DNA of 64,000 nt from Eledone cirrhosa (GCA_964016885.1 OZ024742.1:72912001-72976000), one strand, 5' to 3'; shown: positions 37,476-50,702, counted from the stretch's first letter. Made by a program: numbers and translations. Notes: generated by a model from the letters alone, not told the origin.

Positions 37476-38194
37476 CACGCATACATACTTACATATATAC
37501 ATACATGCATACATCCATCCATCCATACATACATGTATACACACATACATACGTGTATACATACATACATACATACAATGGTTAAAGTGTTTGACTGACG
37601 TCCATAAGTTCATGGGTTCATATTTGGGACCGGGTAGTTATTGAATCAACCTGATATCAATGTTTATTATACAGCACACTTCCTCTTTGGTATAATATGA
37701 CACATAGTAATATCTAACATAGTATCCATCCAATCTGTTATAATATGATTTACCTTTCCTCTGTGAAGGCACATGCCTTAGGGGTTACGGTACTGGACTA
37801 ACCATTATAAAGTCATGGGCTCGTTTCTTCGATCCTGAAGTATGTTGCGTCCTTCAGTAAAATACTTTAGTTCGTGTAGCATCTTCTACCAGGACTTGCG
37901 GCAGACAGATAATATCAGTAATGGAAAAAACCTTGTTTCATTAGTATGACCTGGAAATCAGTTCCACTCTATTTATCTTCTTTATTAAAGGCAATCAAAT
38001 TTTTTTTTTTTTTTTATTTTTTTTTATTTTTCCATGTTTGTTAAATAAATTCCAAAAAATCGAACTAAATTGAAATTTTGTAATAAAATTTCCATAAAAT
38101 TTAATGTTTACAATACAATAAAATGTAATAAAATGTATTGAAGTCGATTTTTGAAAGATGGATAATGCTATAAGCAGACCTTACAATATTGTAC

Positions 38195-38422
38195 CACAAT
38201 TTTCCTTTGTGCAAAAGTGGGCAGCCGAATTTAGGAAAGGATAGGGGATTCTTGAAGATGACCCAATGTCTGGACGTCCTACAACTGCCACTACCGAGGA
38301 AAACATTGATCTCAGTACTGCAACACCGATGGAAAAAATGTGTGGAACGCAAAGGAGACTATGTTGAAAAATAAACCCCATTTGGTCACATTCCATGAGA
38401 GTATCTTTGTCAACCCTCGTAT
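38195..38422 (+). mobile_element. Internally deleted mariner transposase remnant
   Basis: VQKWAAEF..LEDDPMSGRPTTATTEENID joined to LQHRWKKCVERKGDYVEK*; TIR-like end ...accctcgTA. Confidence 0.8.
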
Positions 38423-38456
38423 CTATGCGCAATATACGTAAAGATACAGAATTGCG

Positions 38457-38839
38457 GGCACTACAACGCTATTAGCTGTCATATTTGTTGGTGAAAAAAA
38501 TTTGATTATAAAACTTAAATTTATGAATGACTTGTTTTCTACATTGATAACCATGACTTGTTTTCTAATTAACTTAAATTTGTTTTCTAATTTGGCCCTT
38601 TTAAGGGCCACCTATATTTTCATTTAAGTAACTCCACTTACATCGATATGCTTTATAACCATGACTTGTTTTCTATTTGTTTTCTAATTTGGCCCTTTTA
38701 GGTCTTCCCCCTCTCTCTCAAAAAACCGCGTGAAAAATCCACTTACGCGTGGTGGTAATACGGAAATAAACGATGTTGACGAGTGACGTCACCTTCACCT
38801 GTTTTCCACTGGACTGACAGCTAATAGCGTTGTAGTGCC
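38457..38839. mobile_element. Complete GGCACTAC-family MITE
   Basis: 25-bp perfect TIR ggcactacaacgctattagctgtca / tgacagctaatagcgttgtagtgcc. Confidence 0.85.
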
Positions 38840-39796
38840 ATATTTTATACACCAGAATTCTTGTTGTTCACTGGTTACTCTGGCAACTAACATAACGCGT
38901 GGCTTCCATTTCAAGTCTAGCGGCAAAATAAAGAAGAGCCATATAAATTTAAACGTTCATACGTTGGTGATTAAAATCTATTTCTCGCTGTCCTGTAAAA
39001 CGTGGAACCAATTCACGATATAACGGAGTTTTTGATTAAATGAAATATTTAATATGTGTGCTGGAACACCGATCCTAAAATGTGTAGATCAATGTTTGTT
39101 ATTCACAAACATTAACGTTCACCTCTTGAAATAATTACTACACACTGTACAATTACATACATTAAGGCTATAAAGATAGCAAACAAGCGGTGTCGCCGAC
39201 AATGTTTCCCTTTCTTAAATGACACCGGTAACACGTTAAAGGTTTCTGATATAATTTAATACATTTAGAAAAACCTTCTTTGGTATCTATTTGCGTCATC
39301 AATTGTATCCAGCCCATGGTAAAAGAAACAAAGTCACACAAAAAATGATTATTACGTATAAAGGAATGAGTCTAGCTACCTTCTTACTTAACTTGATAGA
39401 AATAGCATACAGGCCATACTTTACTTGGAAGAATAGTCGAAACTGTGATCCTAGATAAATATACATATGAAGTCACGGATGGAACAACGTTGAATATAAG
39501 TCTGCTCACTTATGCTGACCTCAGAGTTAGCAACACCGTCTTGGTTTATATTTTATTCAAAACAAATAACCTTAATTCTCATACAGTTTAACAACTGAAC
39601 CTGGATCTCGGTATCGTTTTGTGATGAGTCAACTCACATCTAGCCGCTGATCTCTGCCCCTCGAAGAAAAATGTTTATCTAACGCCGATTCGGTGGCATT
39701 CTGCTGTTCTAACAGCTTCCATACGCCGAGTTTTTCTCCATTTCCCTGAGAATCCTTATACACTCACGTCTGAAAACTCTATTTTCGAGTTAATTT

Positions 39797-39872
<76 letters not shown>

Positions 39873-40091
39873 TTAAGTTAAAAATGTACATCCACATATG
39901 TATACTGAAATACTAGTATGCATATGAATACACACACGTGTACATATGTAGATGTACCGAGTTTTTCACTGGTCACTTTACTGTGAGTGTCCAGCTATTC
40001 TGTATGTAAACACACAGACAAACCGGTTTTTAGAGTCATACTGGTTTTTGAGGAAACACCTTTCCTCTATTCTCCAGAAAGCCAGACAAGG

Positions 40092-40136
40092 AATATTGGA
40101 CTAGTTTCGATGTTGTTACATCTCATCAGCAATATT
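40092..40136 (-). ncRNA. Canonical minimal type I hammerhead ribozyme
   Basis: Minus strand: AATATTG-CTGATGA-GATGT-AACA-ACATC-GAAA-CTAG-TC-CAATATT; GUC site; palindromic ACTAGT. Confidence 0.93.
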
Positions 40137-40557
40137 TACCTATCTTCCGGCCTTTCTAGAGATTCGTAAAAGCACATATCGTTATATGCTTTTTCTATGA
40201 AAATTAGTAATGGGCAGACTAATTTGCATAGAGCGTGAGTACGTACCGGTTCAACGGAGACGATAAAAACAAATAACGAAACGAAATTAAATTTCGTTTC
40301 GTTTGTAACTCACTTTTGTATGACTGACGCTTAAACAATTAAGTTAAAAATGTACATCCACATATGTATACTGAAATACTAGTATGCATATGAATACACA
40401 CACGTGTACATATGTAGATGTACCGAGTTTTTCACTGGTCACTTTACTGTGAGTGTCCAGCTATTCTGTATGTAAACACACAGACAAACCGGTTTTTAGA
40501 GTCATACTGGTTTTTGAGGAAACACCTTTCCTCTATTCTCCAGAAAGCCAGACAAGG

Positions 40558-40602
40558 AATATTGGACTAGTTTCGATGTTGTTACATCTCATCAGCAATA
40601 TT
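40558..40602 (-). ncRNA. Canonical minimal type I hammerhead ribozyme (copy 2)
   Basis: Identical to 40092-40136, 466 bp away. Confidence 0.93.
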
Positions 40603-40714
40603 TACCTATCTTCCGGCCTTTCTAGAGAATCGTAAAAGCACATATCGTTATATGCTTTTTCTATACAAAAGTGAGTTACAAACGAAACGAAATTTAATTT
40701 CGTTTCGTTATTTG

Positions 40715-40775
<61 letters not shown>

Positions 40776-40807
40776 ATAAATGGAAACTATATTTATAAAA
40801 CCATATT

Positions 40808-40873
40808 TATTTCATTATATATATTTCGGGGATATCATATTAACAATATGCTATGCCTTCCTCAGACAAAATA
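40808..40873 (-). ncRNA. Minimal hammerhead ribozyme
   Basis: Reverse complement of 43713-43778. Confidence 0.7.
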
Positions 40874-42261
40874 CAATATAAACAGTTTTATAGATAAATA
40901 GATTCGACATACCGTAACAACACCGACTTGCATTTGAAGAGGTTGGATTGGCAGTGAAAAAATTTTACACAGAGAGAAAGAAAGAGAGAAAAAAAAGAAA
41001 GAAAGACAGAAAACGAAGAAAAGGAAGAAAAAGAAGAAAAAGAAGAAAAAGAAGAAATGCATGGAACAAAATAGAGAGATGGAAAGATAGATAAAGAGAA
41101 GAACTTCATGTAAAGAAAGATATATATATATATATAGGGAGAGGAAATAGAGATAGATACATATATATATAGAAAATTAGGTAGTGGGAGATCAGTTGGG
41201 TAAATGTATCAATGATCATTTATTTATTTATTTATTTATTTAGCTCTAGTATTAATGTAAGGGAGATATATACAGAGATAAAAAATATAGAGAGAGAAAA
41301 AAATAGCGAGAGAAAAAATTTAAAAATAGCCAGATATATTCGAGGCGTAAAAACCCTATGTTTTAATGTATTAGTATTTATAAAACTTCCACTATATTGT
41401 AAATATCAGTATTCCTGAATGAGACAAGTATCCATAGTGTGTGAAAATTAATTATCTTATGTTTAGTTTTTTAAAAAAATTCATGTTTATGTGATAGCTA
41501 CAAACATCCATGTGAATCCACATGATCAACTCTGCAAACTCTAAGTTCACGGAAAACATTCTCAATGTGGTATAAAAATTTGAGTATACATATATGTGTA
41601 TTATTATTCCTGTCTTTACTCTACAAGATTATCTATCAAGCAGAAATAGAGAGCAGATTTCAATATACTAATAAAAATATATATCAGAAACAAAACTAAA
41701 AAAATAACAATAATAATAATAAGTAATAATAAAATAGAAAATAGAAAACTAAAAAAAATATTACGAAAGAATATTACATATTAAAAATATTACATATTAA
41801 AAAATTTACATATTAAAGATATTAAAAATAAAAATAAAAATAAAAATAAAAATAAAAATAAAAAATATTAGAAAATACTACAATAATAAAAATAAAAATA
41901 AACCACAAAGATCAACCCTTCAAAATTAATTGACAATATATTGCCAAGTTCATTATAAGCATCAGAGTCGAAAAACAGACAAAGCCAAAAATTATCTATC
42001 AAATCACATCAAGCAAAGATCATTTCAAAAAGTTTATGATGCTCAATTTGGTCTACATGTGTTCTTATATTTAATATAGAAGTTTATCTAGTGTAAGGTT
42101 TATTCAAAATATTTGGAGCATCAGCTTTTAGGGTAGCTTAATTTTTCATGAGGAATGTTTAAATAAAAATAAAATAAAAATAAAAAATAAAAAGAATAAA
42201 AAGAAGGAATCAAAGATTTATCGGCTAGTTTCCCATATAAATATAAATCAAACTAAATATA

Positions 42262-43588
42262 CTACATTTTAAATTTAAATTTATATTTAAACGTTGAGTT
42301 TAATCTATGTTTGCAACAACTGAATAAATTTGTCCGTAGATTAAGGGAATTTTTAGATTTTAGTATAAAGAATATCTCCTCTGCGCAGAGGTCACATGTC
42401 TCAGAGGATGAATTAAAAGGAATCCCTCTTGAGACTATATTCCAAGCCGTCGAATATCTAACGTTATCTAGCTTAAGTTGCCAGAGTACGCCTGATAGTG
42501 CCGTTGAAGATTTTTTGCTTGGAACTGTGAAAGAATTCTTGTGGTTATTATAGCGAAGTTTAAATTCCGTCGATGTGGAACCGACGTAGTTAAAAGAATT
42601 AGAGTCAGTATTAACATTACAATTGTATACTATATTTTTAACTAAGCAGTTGTTATTTAACGGACATTTAGATCTATCTCTACAGTTACATTTGTTAACT
42701 TGTATATTATTTATGCTATTATCACTAGGTTTTAAGTTCCTATTATTTATTCTATTAATATTTTGTGCTAAATTTTTGGTGGATGAGTAGGTTAATTTAA
42801 TTGTATGCCTATTGAAAATTGAGTGATACCTATGTGTTCTAGGGAAGCGATTATCAAGAGCTTTGAAAAATAGTTTAGCGATGTGGGTTTTAATGTTTAG
42901 TGAGAAAGGGGGGGGGGGGGGCAAACCAAATTATGTTCCTAGTTCTATTTCTTTTTTGGCCTTTGGAATTATTGTAGTGCTTTCTATTATAGTTGTTAAG
43001 GTTGTTGCCGTAATTAAAAAAGTTGTTACTTTGTTTAGTTTGTCTATCATTATCTATGTACACAATCTTATCAGCATATCCTGCTCTAGCTAATGCTTCA
43101 TTATAGTATTGGGCCTTTTCGTCGAAAATCTTTCTATTCGACGAGATCCTAGAGATACGTTTTTGAACAGAGTTTACTATAGTGTTTTTGACAGATCTGG
43201 GGTGGTTAGAGTTAAAGTTGACATAGTTTAAGTTTTCATTCAACTTGTGAAAAGGATAGTGGAGACATGTGTTGAGATTTAATGTTATATCTAGGAAATT
43301 GACTATTCTATGGTTGTTCTCAATTTCTATTTTAAGATTAAAGTAATTAAAAAATTTTGTAATTTGTTTACATTTTCTATTTAGTTCAGGGTTATTATTA
43401 TTAATAAGTAAAAGCATGTCATCTCTATATAAACCTCCGGTAGTACCAGGTATTTTCCTATGTAGAGAATTGATTAAAAATAAGCCCACAAGGTCAGTTA
43501 CCTGAGCTGAGTCGGATGATCCCATAGTTATGTCAAAATTGCTATCTCTATCTGCTCTGGTCCATAGTTTGTCATTAAATTCTATCAA
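42262..43588 (-). pseudogene. PLE RT C-half + GIY-YIG (frameshift in G-run near 42910)
   Basis: FDITMGS, YRDD, FLDI, CNCRDRSKCPLNNNC, NIVY..YVG, CDLCAEE, CKH. Confidence 0.9.
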
Positions 43589-43712
43589 TTTTTTTTTCTC
43601 TCTTTCTTTCTCTCTGTGTAAAATTTTTTCACTGCCAATCCAACCTCTTCAAATGCAAGTCGGTGTTGTTACGGTATGTCGAATCTATTTATCTATAAAA
43701 CTGTTTATATTG

Positions 43713-43778
43713 TATTTTGTCTGAGGAAGGCATAGCATATTGTTAATATGATATCCCCGAAATATATATAATGAAATA
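43713..43778 (+). ncRNA. Minimal hammerhead ribozyme
   Basis: TATTTTGT-CTGAGGA-stem II-GAAA-TATATA-TA-ATGAAATA. Confidence 0.7.
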
Positions 43779-43934
43779 AATATGGTTTTATAAATATAGT
43801 TTCCATTTATTTAATATTGTAAATATACTCCAAATATTTGTCGAGTGCTTTTATATCAGTTATAAATATTTACTAGTTGTAACCCAACAATTTTAAATAT
43901 AACTTTCCATATATATATATATATATATATTTCA

Positions 43935-45785
43935 ATCTAAATTATCTAATGATATTTCTACTTTCAAATCTTCTAATAATAAGTTCATCTTCTCAGATAA
44001 AACTAAAAACCTATATGAAGTTAATAATAATTTACACGACCAACTATTAATAGATAATATCACCTCTAAATACCAAATAGCTAATATAAATACGTACCAT
44101 AATATAAATAAGGAAGCTAAAGAATTAGCTGTTTCTTTAAAAATAGATAATAGGACAGAAAAACTTGCTAAACGTTCTGTGTATATCACCCTTAAAGATC
44201 ATAAACCCGACTTTATTAATCGCCCTAGTTGTAGATTAATCAACCCTGCTAAGACTGATATTGGTCTTGCCAGCAAAAAAATTTTAAATAAATTAAATAC
44301 ACACATTAGAAGTAAGTCTAAATTACTCCAATGGATAAATAGCTCTTCCGTAGTACATTGGTTTAATAATATTAAAAACAAAATCAGTTCTAGATTCACC
44401 CAATTTGACATCGTAGATTTCTACCCATCTATTACTTTTAGTGAAAGCTTTAAATTTCGCTAGAGGGTTCACTAATATCTCCGATGTTGAAGAGGATGTC
44501 ATCTTGCATGCTAGGAACACTCTACTTTTTAATGATAATGACACTTGGGTAAAAATATCTAACCCAGAGAACCCATTCGATGTCTCAATGGGCTCTTATG
44601 GCAGTGCCGAGGTTTGTGATCTGGTCGGCCTATTCCTCTTACATACACTTAAAGAAAAATTTCCTAACCATATTTTTGGGCTTTATCGCGATGATGGTCT
44701 AATACTTTCCCATACCACCATAGGCCATAACTTAGATAGATTAAGGAAAGACTTAATAAAAACCTTCGCTAGTTTTAATCTTAAAATTACTATTGACACT
44801 AACCTTTCCAACGTAGATTTCCTAGATATAAACCTAGATTTGCCTACTGCTTCTTATAAACCATACCATAAACCTAATGAAAACTTAAAATATATAAATA
44901 AAGGATCTTGCCATCCACCTATAGTTTTTAAAAACCTTATCCCTAATATTAGCCGTAGGATCTCCACCCTCTCTTCATCAGAAGCTATTTTTAATAAGGC
45001 ATCCCCCTACTATAATAAAGCCCTCCAAAATAGCGGCTTTAGCGAACCGATTAAATACATACCTAACTACACTAACTCTATTAAACATAAAAATAGGAAA
45101 AGAAAAATAATCTGGTTCACACCCCCTACTCTCTAGCAGTTAAAACTAATGTAGGCAAAAATTCCTAGAACTCCTAGATAAACATTTCCCTAGAACACAT
45201 AGATACTATAAGATCTTTAACAGAAACTGTGTTAAAATTAGCTATTCCTGCGGTCCCCCTATTAAGTCCTATATCCTCAACAAAATATTACCTAGAGAAA
45301 ATCAAACTTGCTCCTGTAGAATCAAAAGTGAATGCCCATTACAAGGTAAATGCAACACCAAAGCCATTGTATATGCGGCTAAAGTGACAACCATCAGCAA
45401 CAACCATCCAGCCACCAGTGAACGATATGTGGGTATGACGCAAGACAGATTCAAAACGCGTTATTACTCACATGTCGCATCCTTTCGACATCCAGAAAAA
45501 AGATTTACAACAGCTCTGGCTAGCAGAATTTGGGATTTGAAAGACCAAGGCATCCAATATAAACTAGATTGGTCAATTTTGAACCAATCTAAAATATATG
45601 CTAGAGGAACAAGAAAATGCACGCTCTGCATAAATGAAAAATTTTGGATATTGCAAAATCTTAAATCACCAAAGACCTGCCTGAACACAAAGACGGAAAT
45701 TTTCACCAGTTGCCCACACATGAAATCACACCTGCTTTCCAGCTCATATAAACTTAACACACTTTCAGATACTTATCCTCCATAA
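43935..45785 (+). pseudogene. PLE RT + GIY-YIG, frameshifted
   Basis: SDKTKNLY, ITLKDHK, QFDIVDFYPSI, MGSYGSAEVCDLVG, YRDD, FLDI, CSCRIKSECPLQGKC, IVY..YVG, CTLCINEK, CPH. Confidence 0.92.
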
Positions 45786-46178
45786 ACTCTTATTATTCTC
45801 TTTTTAATTACCCTTTCTGACTTACTTTCATTTTTATCCTTGTCAATAATTTCATTTATTTTCACTTTTATTTATTTTTACTTCACATCCCCCCTCCCTT
45901 TATTCTCCGATCCACTTCCTATTTTCTATTTTTTACTTCCCCTTCTTTTACTTCCCTTTTTCCTCCACTAACTGATTACACTTGTCTTTTGTGTTTTTCA
46001 ATCCAGATATATTTTTCATTTTTATTTTTATTTTTATTTTATTTTTGCGCAGCCTATCTTACAATTTTATATTTGTACTTATTGATCCACATTTCAATAT
46101 GGCTGAACGCCTTAATGTGTGTATACTTTTTATATATGTACATGAGTGACTACGTATGTGCGCGCGCGTGCGTGTATG

Positions 46179-46249
<71 letters not shown>

Positions 46250-47029
46250 ATATATATGTGTGTGTACAGGTGTTTGTGTGTGTGTGTATGTATATATTAT
46301 GCGTATGTGTACGTGTCTTTATATCCGTGTTTTTGACATCTCGGTTTTATGTTTTGTTCCTTTTTTCTTCCCCCCCCCCTTCCCCCTTTTTTTACTTAGT
46401 TTCATACGTGGGCATGCAAACAGGTTTATATGCGTGAGTATAAGTATGTGTGTGTGTGTGTGTGTGTATGTACGTATCGAACGTATGGAAGTGTAAGTGC
46501 GCGTGTGTATATAAGCATAATTATTTTTATATTTCTTTTGTGAGACACGCGTGTCTGTGTATGTATGTACCCCCCTTTTTTTGTTTTCTTTAATTTTTTC
46601 TTTCTAATATCTTTTCTTTCTAATTTATCGTTATTATATTTTTATAAATATATCGAGACTGATACTTTTCTTTTAATTATTACACTCCCTTTACCTCCTT
46701 TCTTTCCGCATCTAAGTGTACGAGTGTCCAGGCGTTTTATGCGCGCGCTTTCATAGTCATATATTTACGATGTAACCATTTCTGTCTGTATAATACAGAC
46801 ATATAGATACATTTGCCCTAAATTTTAGAATTATGCACACTTTCTCACTATACATTTACATGTGCACATATACATATATGCACATCTGTGAGCGTATATA
46901 CATACATATACACACACCTAACTATACTTCTTGATAGATTTTTATATATTTCAATTTCTATTTCATTTATCTATATCTTTTTTTGATTTTCTTGATGTGT
47001 TTTTTCTAAGTATTTGCCCATGTTTTATA

Positions 47030-47105
47030 TTGCCTCGTCTGACGAACGAATGAAGTCGTTTATTTCGTATTCGCCTCATTCGGGAAACCTCTGGTAATGA
47101 GGTAA
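47030..47105 (+). ncRNA. Type I hammerhead ribozyme
   Basis: TTGCCTCGT-CTGACGA-A-CGAATGA..TCATTCG-G-GAAA-CC-TCT-GG-TA-ATGAGGTAA; GUA site. Confidence 0.82.
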
Positions 47106-47128
47106 TTATATTGTATTGATTTTTATAC

Positions 47129-47187
<59 letters not shown>

Positions 47188-48092
47188 GCACGTGTATATA
47201 TAATAAATGATATCTATAAATGTCTAAAAGAGTACGCTTGTATGTATACACAGGTTTCCAATGAATGATGGCTATATGCATGTGTGTAGTCTCTGTAAAA
47301 TCAGGATTGTTCACCACGGAGTTGTGTTGACTATCCAAATAGTACGTACTTTATATTTCAAGAAATTAAGAACTGCCCGGAAAGATAAACGTTCATATAC
47401 TGATGATAAAAATCTATTTCACTGTCCTGTAAAACGAGGAACTAATTCATGCCGTAGCATAGTTTGTAATGAAATTTAATCATGTAGGTGATGGAACACC
47501 GACCCTAAAACATGTCGATCATCATATATTATCCACAAACATTAACGTTTACTTCACATAAGATAATCGTTATACCGGGTGGTCCGAAAGTCTTGTCACT
47601 CCTTGTCACATATTGTTTTAATAATATAATATATAATATCATTAATTATAATATATGACAGCTAATAGCGTTGCAGTGCCTAATTTTCTATTTCAGAGCT
47701 CCTACAGTTTGGATGAGAGGCTGTTTGCAAGTGTATGGGCATAGGATCGTGTGCATTCTGGCATGGACGATGTGCGACATGGTTGTAACGACAAGTGGAT
47801 GGATGGATGTAACTGTTGGTATGGTGGTTTCAGTGTAAATAAAAATACCAGGAGTGTTGTTACAAAGTTTATTTTATTACAACAATATTCAATTTGAATA
47901 TTGAATGATAAAACAATTGACACAATTGACACAAAATATTCATACAATAATTTAGTGGCTCTTCGAGCCACGTAAATTCAAATATCACAGAATACGATTA
48001 TAATATGTGTAAACAGAAATGAATGGTGCGTGTACAAATGTTGGACTCCCTATGAATTGCGTGTGTGCGTCGTATCAGTATATTTACTTATT

Positions 48093-48624
48093 TGTATTGC
48101 AGGAGTCAGCGATCAGCCAGGAAGGTGAGAATAAGTGGTAGACTGGTTTTCGTGACGAGAGCCTGTAAATGAGACTCGTCTTGTCTGTATCCACTGTTTT
48201 TCTATTTTTGGCGTAAACAATCCCTCTATTTATAAGAGTTAAAGTTAGAAGGATAGATATATCCTCTGAACTTTGATTAGTCTCCCAAGGGATTAGTTTG
48301 CCAAGCGTAAACAAGTCAGAAAGATGGATATATCCTCTGACCTATTTTCTGTCAGGCGTAAACACCTCTGACCTGTGTTTAGCCTCTCCCAAGGGGTTAG
48401 TCTCCTGAGCGTAAACAAATTATCACGGCTTGTCCCAGAGGCGGGAAAGCTCAGATTCGGTTTCGAATCTTCGCCGCCGTTATACCTCCGAAGAGGACGA
48501 CACTGCGATGGGAACATAACTGTTTCTCATTACTTTTTGGCAGGGGGTAACAAGACTTTCGGACCACCCCGTACAATACATTTTCTCTTTAGTTTAATAA
48601 ACTTATGTCTTTTTTTCTATATAC
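48093..48624 (+). mobile_element. Possible solo LTR-like insertion
   Basis: TG...CA ends, internal duplications (gatatatcctctga, gcgtaaaca), AATAAA near the end; interrupts a segment paralogous to 38940-39300. No TSD found. Confidence 0.35.
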
Positions 48625-49465
48625 AGTAGGATTAATTAAAGTCATAAATATAACGAGTAGGAGATGTTATTTAAGTTTTTTTCCCCTGAATGACACCGGT
48701 GACACGTTAAAAGTCCGACAAAAACTAATACATTCAAACAATTTCTATCGTTATAGAATCGATGGTAAATCCAGAGGAATCACTCTGCAATATAACAATT
48801 ACATATCGACACACGCGGAAGCCTTTATGTGTTTGTTCAATATGCTAAAAATAGCAGCGAAATCTTTCTAAAAATCTATTGACTATCTTAAAGTCAAAAA
48901 GATTGTCTGTATGCGGGTATATTTGTCTCAAACCTGCCAACCTCTAAAATACCAACGGGGAGTAACATGAAAAAAAGTGCCCTCGAATGGAGAGAAATGA
49001 AGCAAATTGAGGAGATTATACATAATGAAAGCTATACGCATTTTCACAAGAGAAGACATCTCTCACCCACCCCAAAACGGATGGGAGATCTCCCCGTCCG
49101 ACAGGGAGAGTTGAATGGTCTGATATATAAATACATATACACAAAGCTGGAAATAAACAGACCCCTAAATACATTTCGTTGTTGTTATATATTTCACAAT
49201 TTTACTTCTGCATAATTTCAACATAAAATAGGAAAACCACAAACTTTATTGGACATAGCAAGCAAAGTTTGCATACAAGAAATAACATTGATTTTATAGT
49301 AAGGGATTGACCTCTAATCAATAAAGAGTGGTATATAATTTTCTGTTATTGCTTTAGTTTGTTGTCAGGCTTAATCCGACACTGATTAACCTTATTTTAA
49401 TTAATAAAATCGCTGTTTGTAAACCCCAGGTCAGACATGATCCATCACTAATTAACATTATTTTA

Positions 49466-49828
49466 ATCGGTAGAGGGTCGGACGCCATGCTTTCCAGTAT
49501 AGTTACGTCCCTTTACGATCTGAGTTCAAATCCCGCCGAGGTTGACTTTGCCTTTCATCCTTACGGGGTCGATAAAATAAAGTACTAGTAATGAACTGGG
49601 TAATTGCTAGCCTTGTGCCTAAAGTAGAAACAATTATTTTAATTCCAAAAGTATCAGTAGAGAGTTTGACACCATGCTTTGAGGCATAGAGTTACGTCCC
49701 TTTATGATCTGAGTTCAAATCCTGTCGAGGTTAACTTTGCCTTTCATCCTTACGGGGTCGATAAAATAAAGTACCAGTAATGTACTGGGTAATTGCTGGC
49801 TTTGTGCCTAAAATAGAAACAATTATTT
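49466..49828 (+). mobile_element. Two tandem Meta-like SINEs
   Basis: 49466-49637 and 49652-49828 both match the reverse complement of 2352-2540. Confidence 0.85.
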
Positions 49829-49934
49829 CAATTAATAACATCGCTGTTGATGTTGAATAACCCCAAGTCAGAGTTGATCCTCGACACTAAATAATAACAT
49901 AGTGGAATATTTATGGCTTCGTTATGGCTTCCCA

Positions 49935-50226
49935 TGGGTTTCGGAAACATTTTTTCACGCTCAGAGTTGCTGAAGCATGGAACAAACTACCTGCATCAGT
50001 TGTTAGCTGTCGAGACTCTGCATCCTTTAAAACCTCCATGCTTCCCGAGATTCGCCAACACTACACCTAATGTTCCCTCTCCACACATACACACATGTAT
50101 ATCATGACTCATACACTATTCACTTCCCTGACATTTGTATATTATTCTATGTACTATACATGCACCTTTGACGAGTTGTAGTGCACCTGAGCACTTTACA
50201 CAATAATTTCATTATTATTATTATTA
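49935..50226 (+). mobile_element. CR1 LINE 3' end with (ATT)n tail
   Basis: Reverse complement of about 2580-2860. Confidence 0.88.
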
Positions 50227-50454
50227 AATGGATGAATCTTTCCACCCTCATCCCATGATGAGCTGCTTGTCTTCACTCTTTTCCGTCTCCAAGTTATCCG
50301 GCTACAGTCTAAGCAAATCTGCACCACTAACAAAAATACCAAACAGTGCACAACAGCAGGTCACAAAAACTGCACATGTATGCCTCACATGCTCCAAACA
50401 CTGCGACTCCTACATCAGTAGCGATGGAAAGATCGCGATGGTTAATTCCATTAA

Positions 50455-50702
50455 CAATTTGGCCCTTTTAAGGGCCACCTATATTTTCATTTAAGTTAAC
50501 TCCACTGTTGGTGAAAATGACTTGTTTTCTACATTGATAACCATGACTATGAAAATATAGTTCATGGTATTAGCTGTCAGAAGTAACTCCACTGTTGGTG
50601 AAAATGACTTGTTTTCTACATTGATAACCATGACTATGAAAATATAAATGATTAAATCCAATTTATTTGATAACCATGACTTGTTTTCTAATTAACTTAA
50701 AT
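50455..50702 (-). mobile_element. Internal fragment of the GGCACTAC foldback family
   Basis: Reverse complement of parts of 7880-8175. Confidence 0.8.

Larger units (their letters stand above)
39871..40721 (-). mobile_element. Retrozyme-like non-coding tandem element (466-bp unit, ~1.7 copies, 5' inversion) in (TA)n
   Basis: 39871-40198 equals 40337-40664; 40663-40721 is the inversion of 40263-40321; one HHR per unit; (TA)n on both flanks. Confidence 0.8.
40769..43910 (-). mobile_element. 5'-truncated PLE (Hydra-like) with inverted pLTR copy
   Basis: ORF remnant 42262-43588 (-); 40769-40997 is inverted at 43587-43818; (TA)n on both sides. Confidence 0.9.
43932..47130 (+). mobile_element. 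5'-truncated PLE (Hydra-like, third family) between (TA)n tracts
   Basis: RT + GIY-YIG ORF pieces, long pyrimidine-rich 3' UTR, terminal HHR. Confidence 0.9.

Noticed and set aside
39987-40635. Duplicated 60-aa ORFs
   Set aside because: They start at GTG, have no recognisable motif and lie antisense to the HHR; they are a by-product of the 466-bp duplication.
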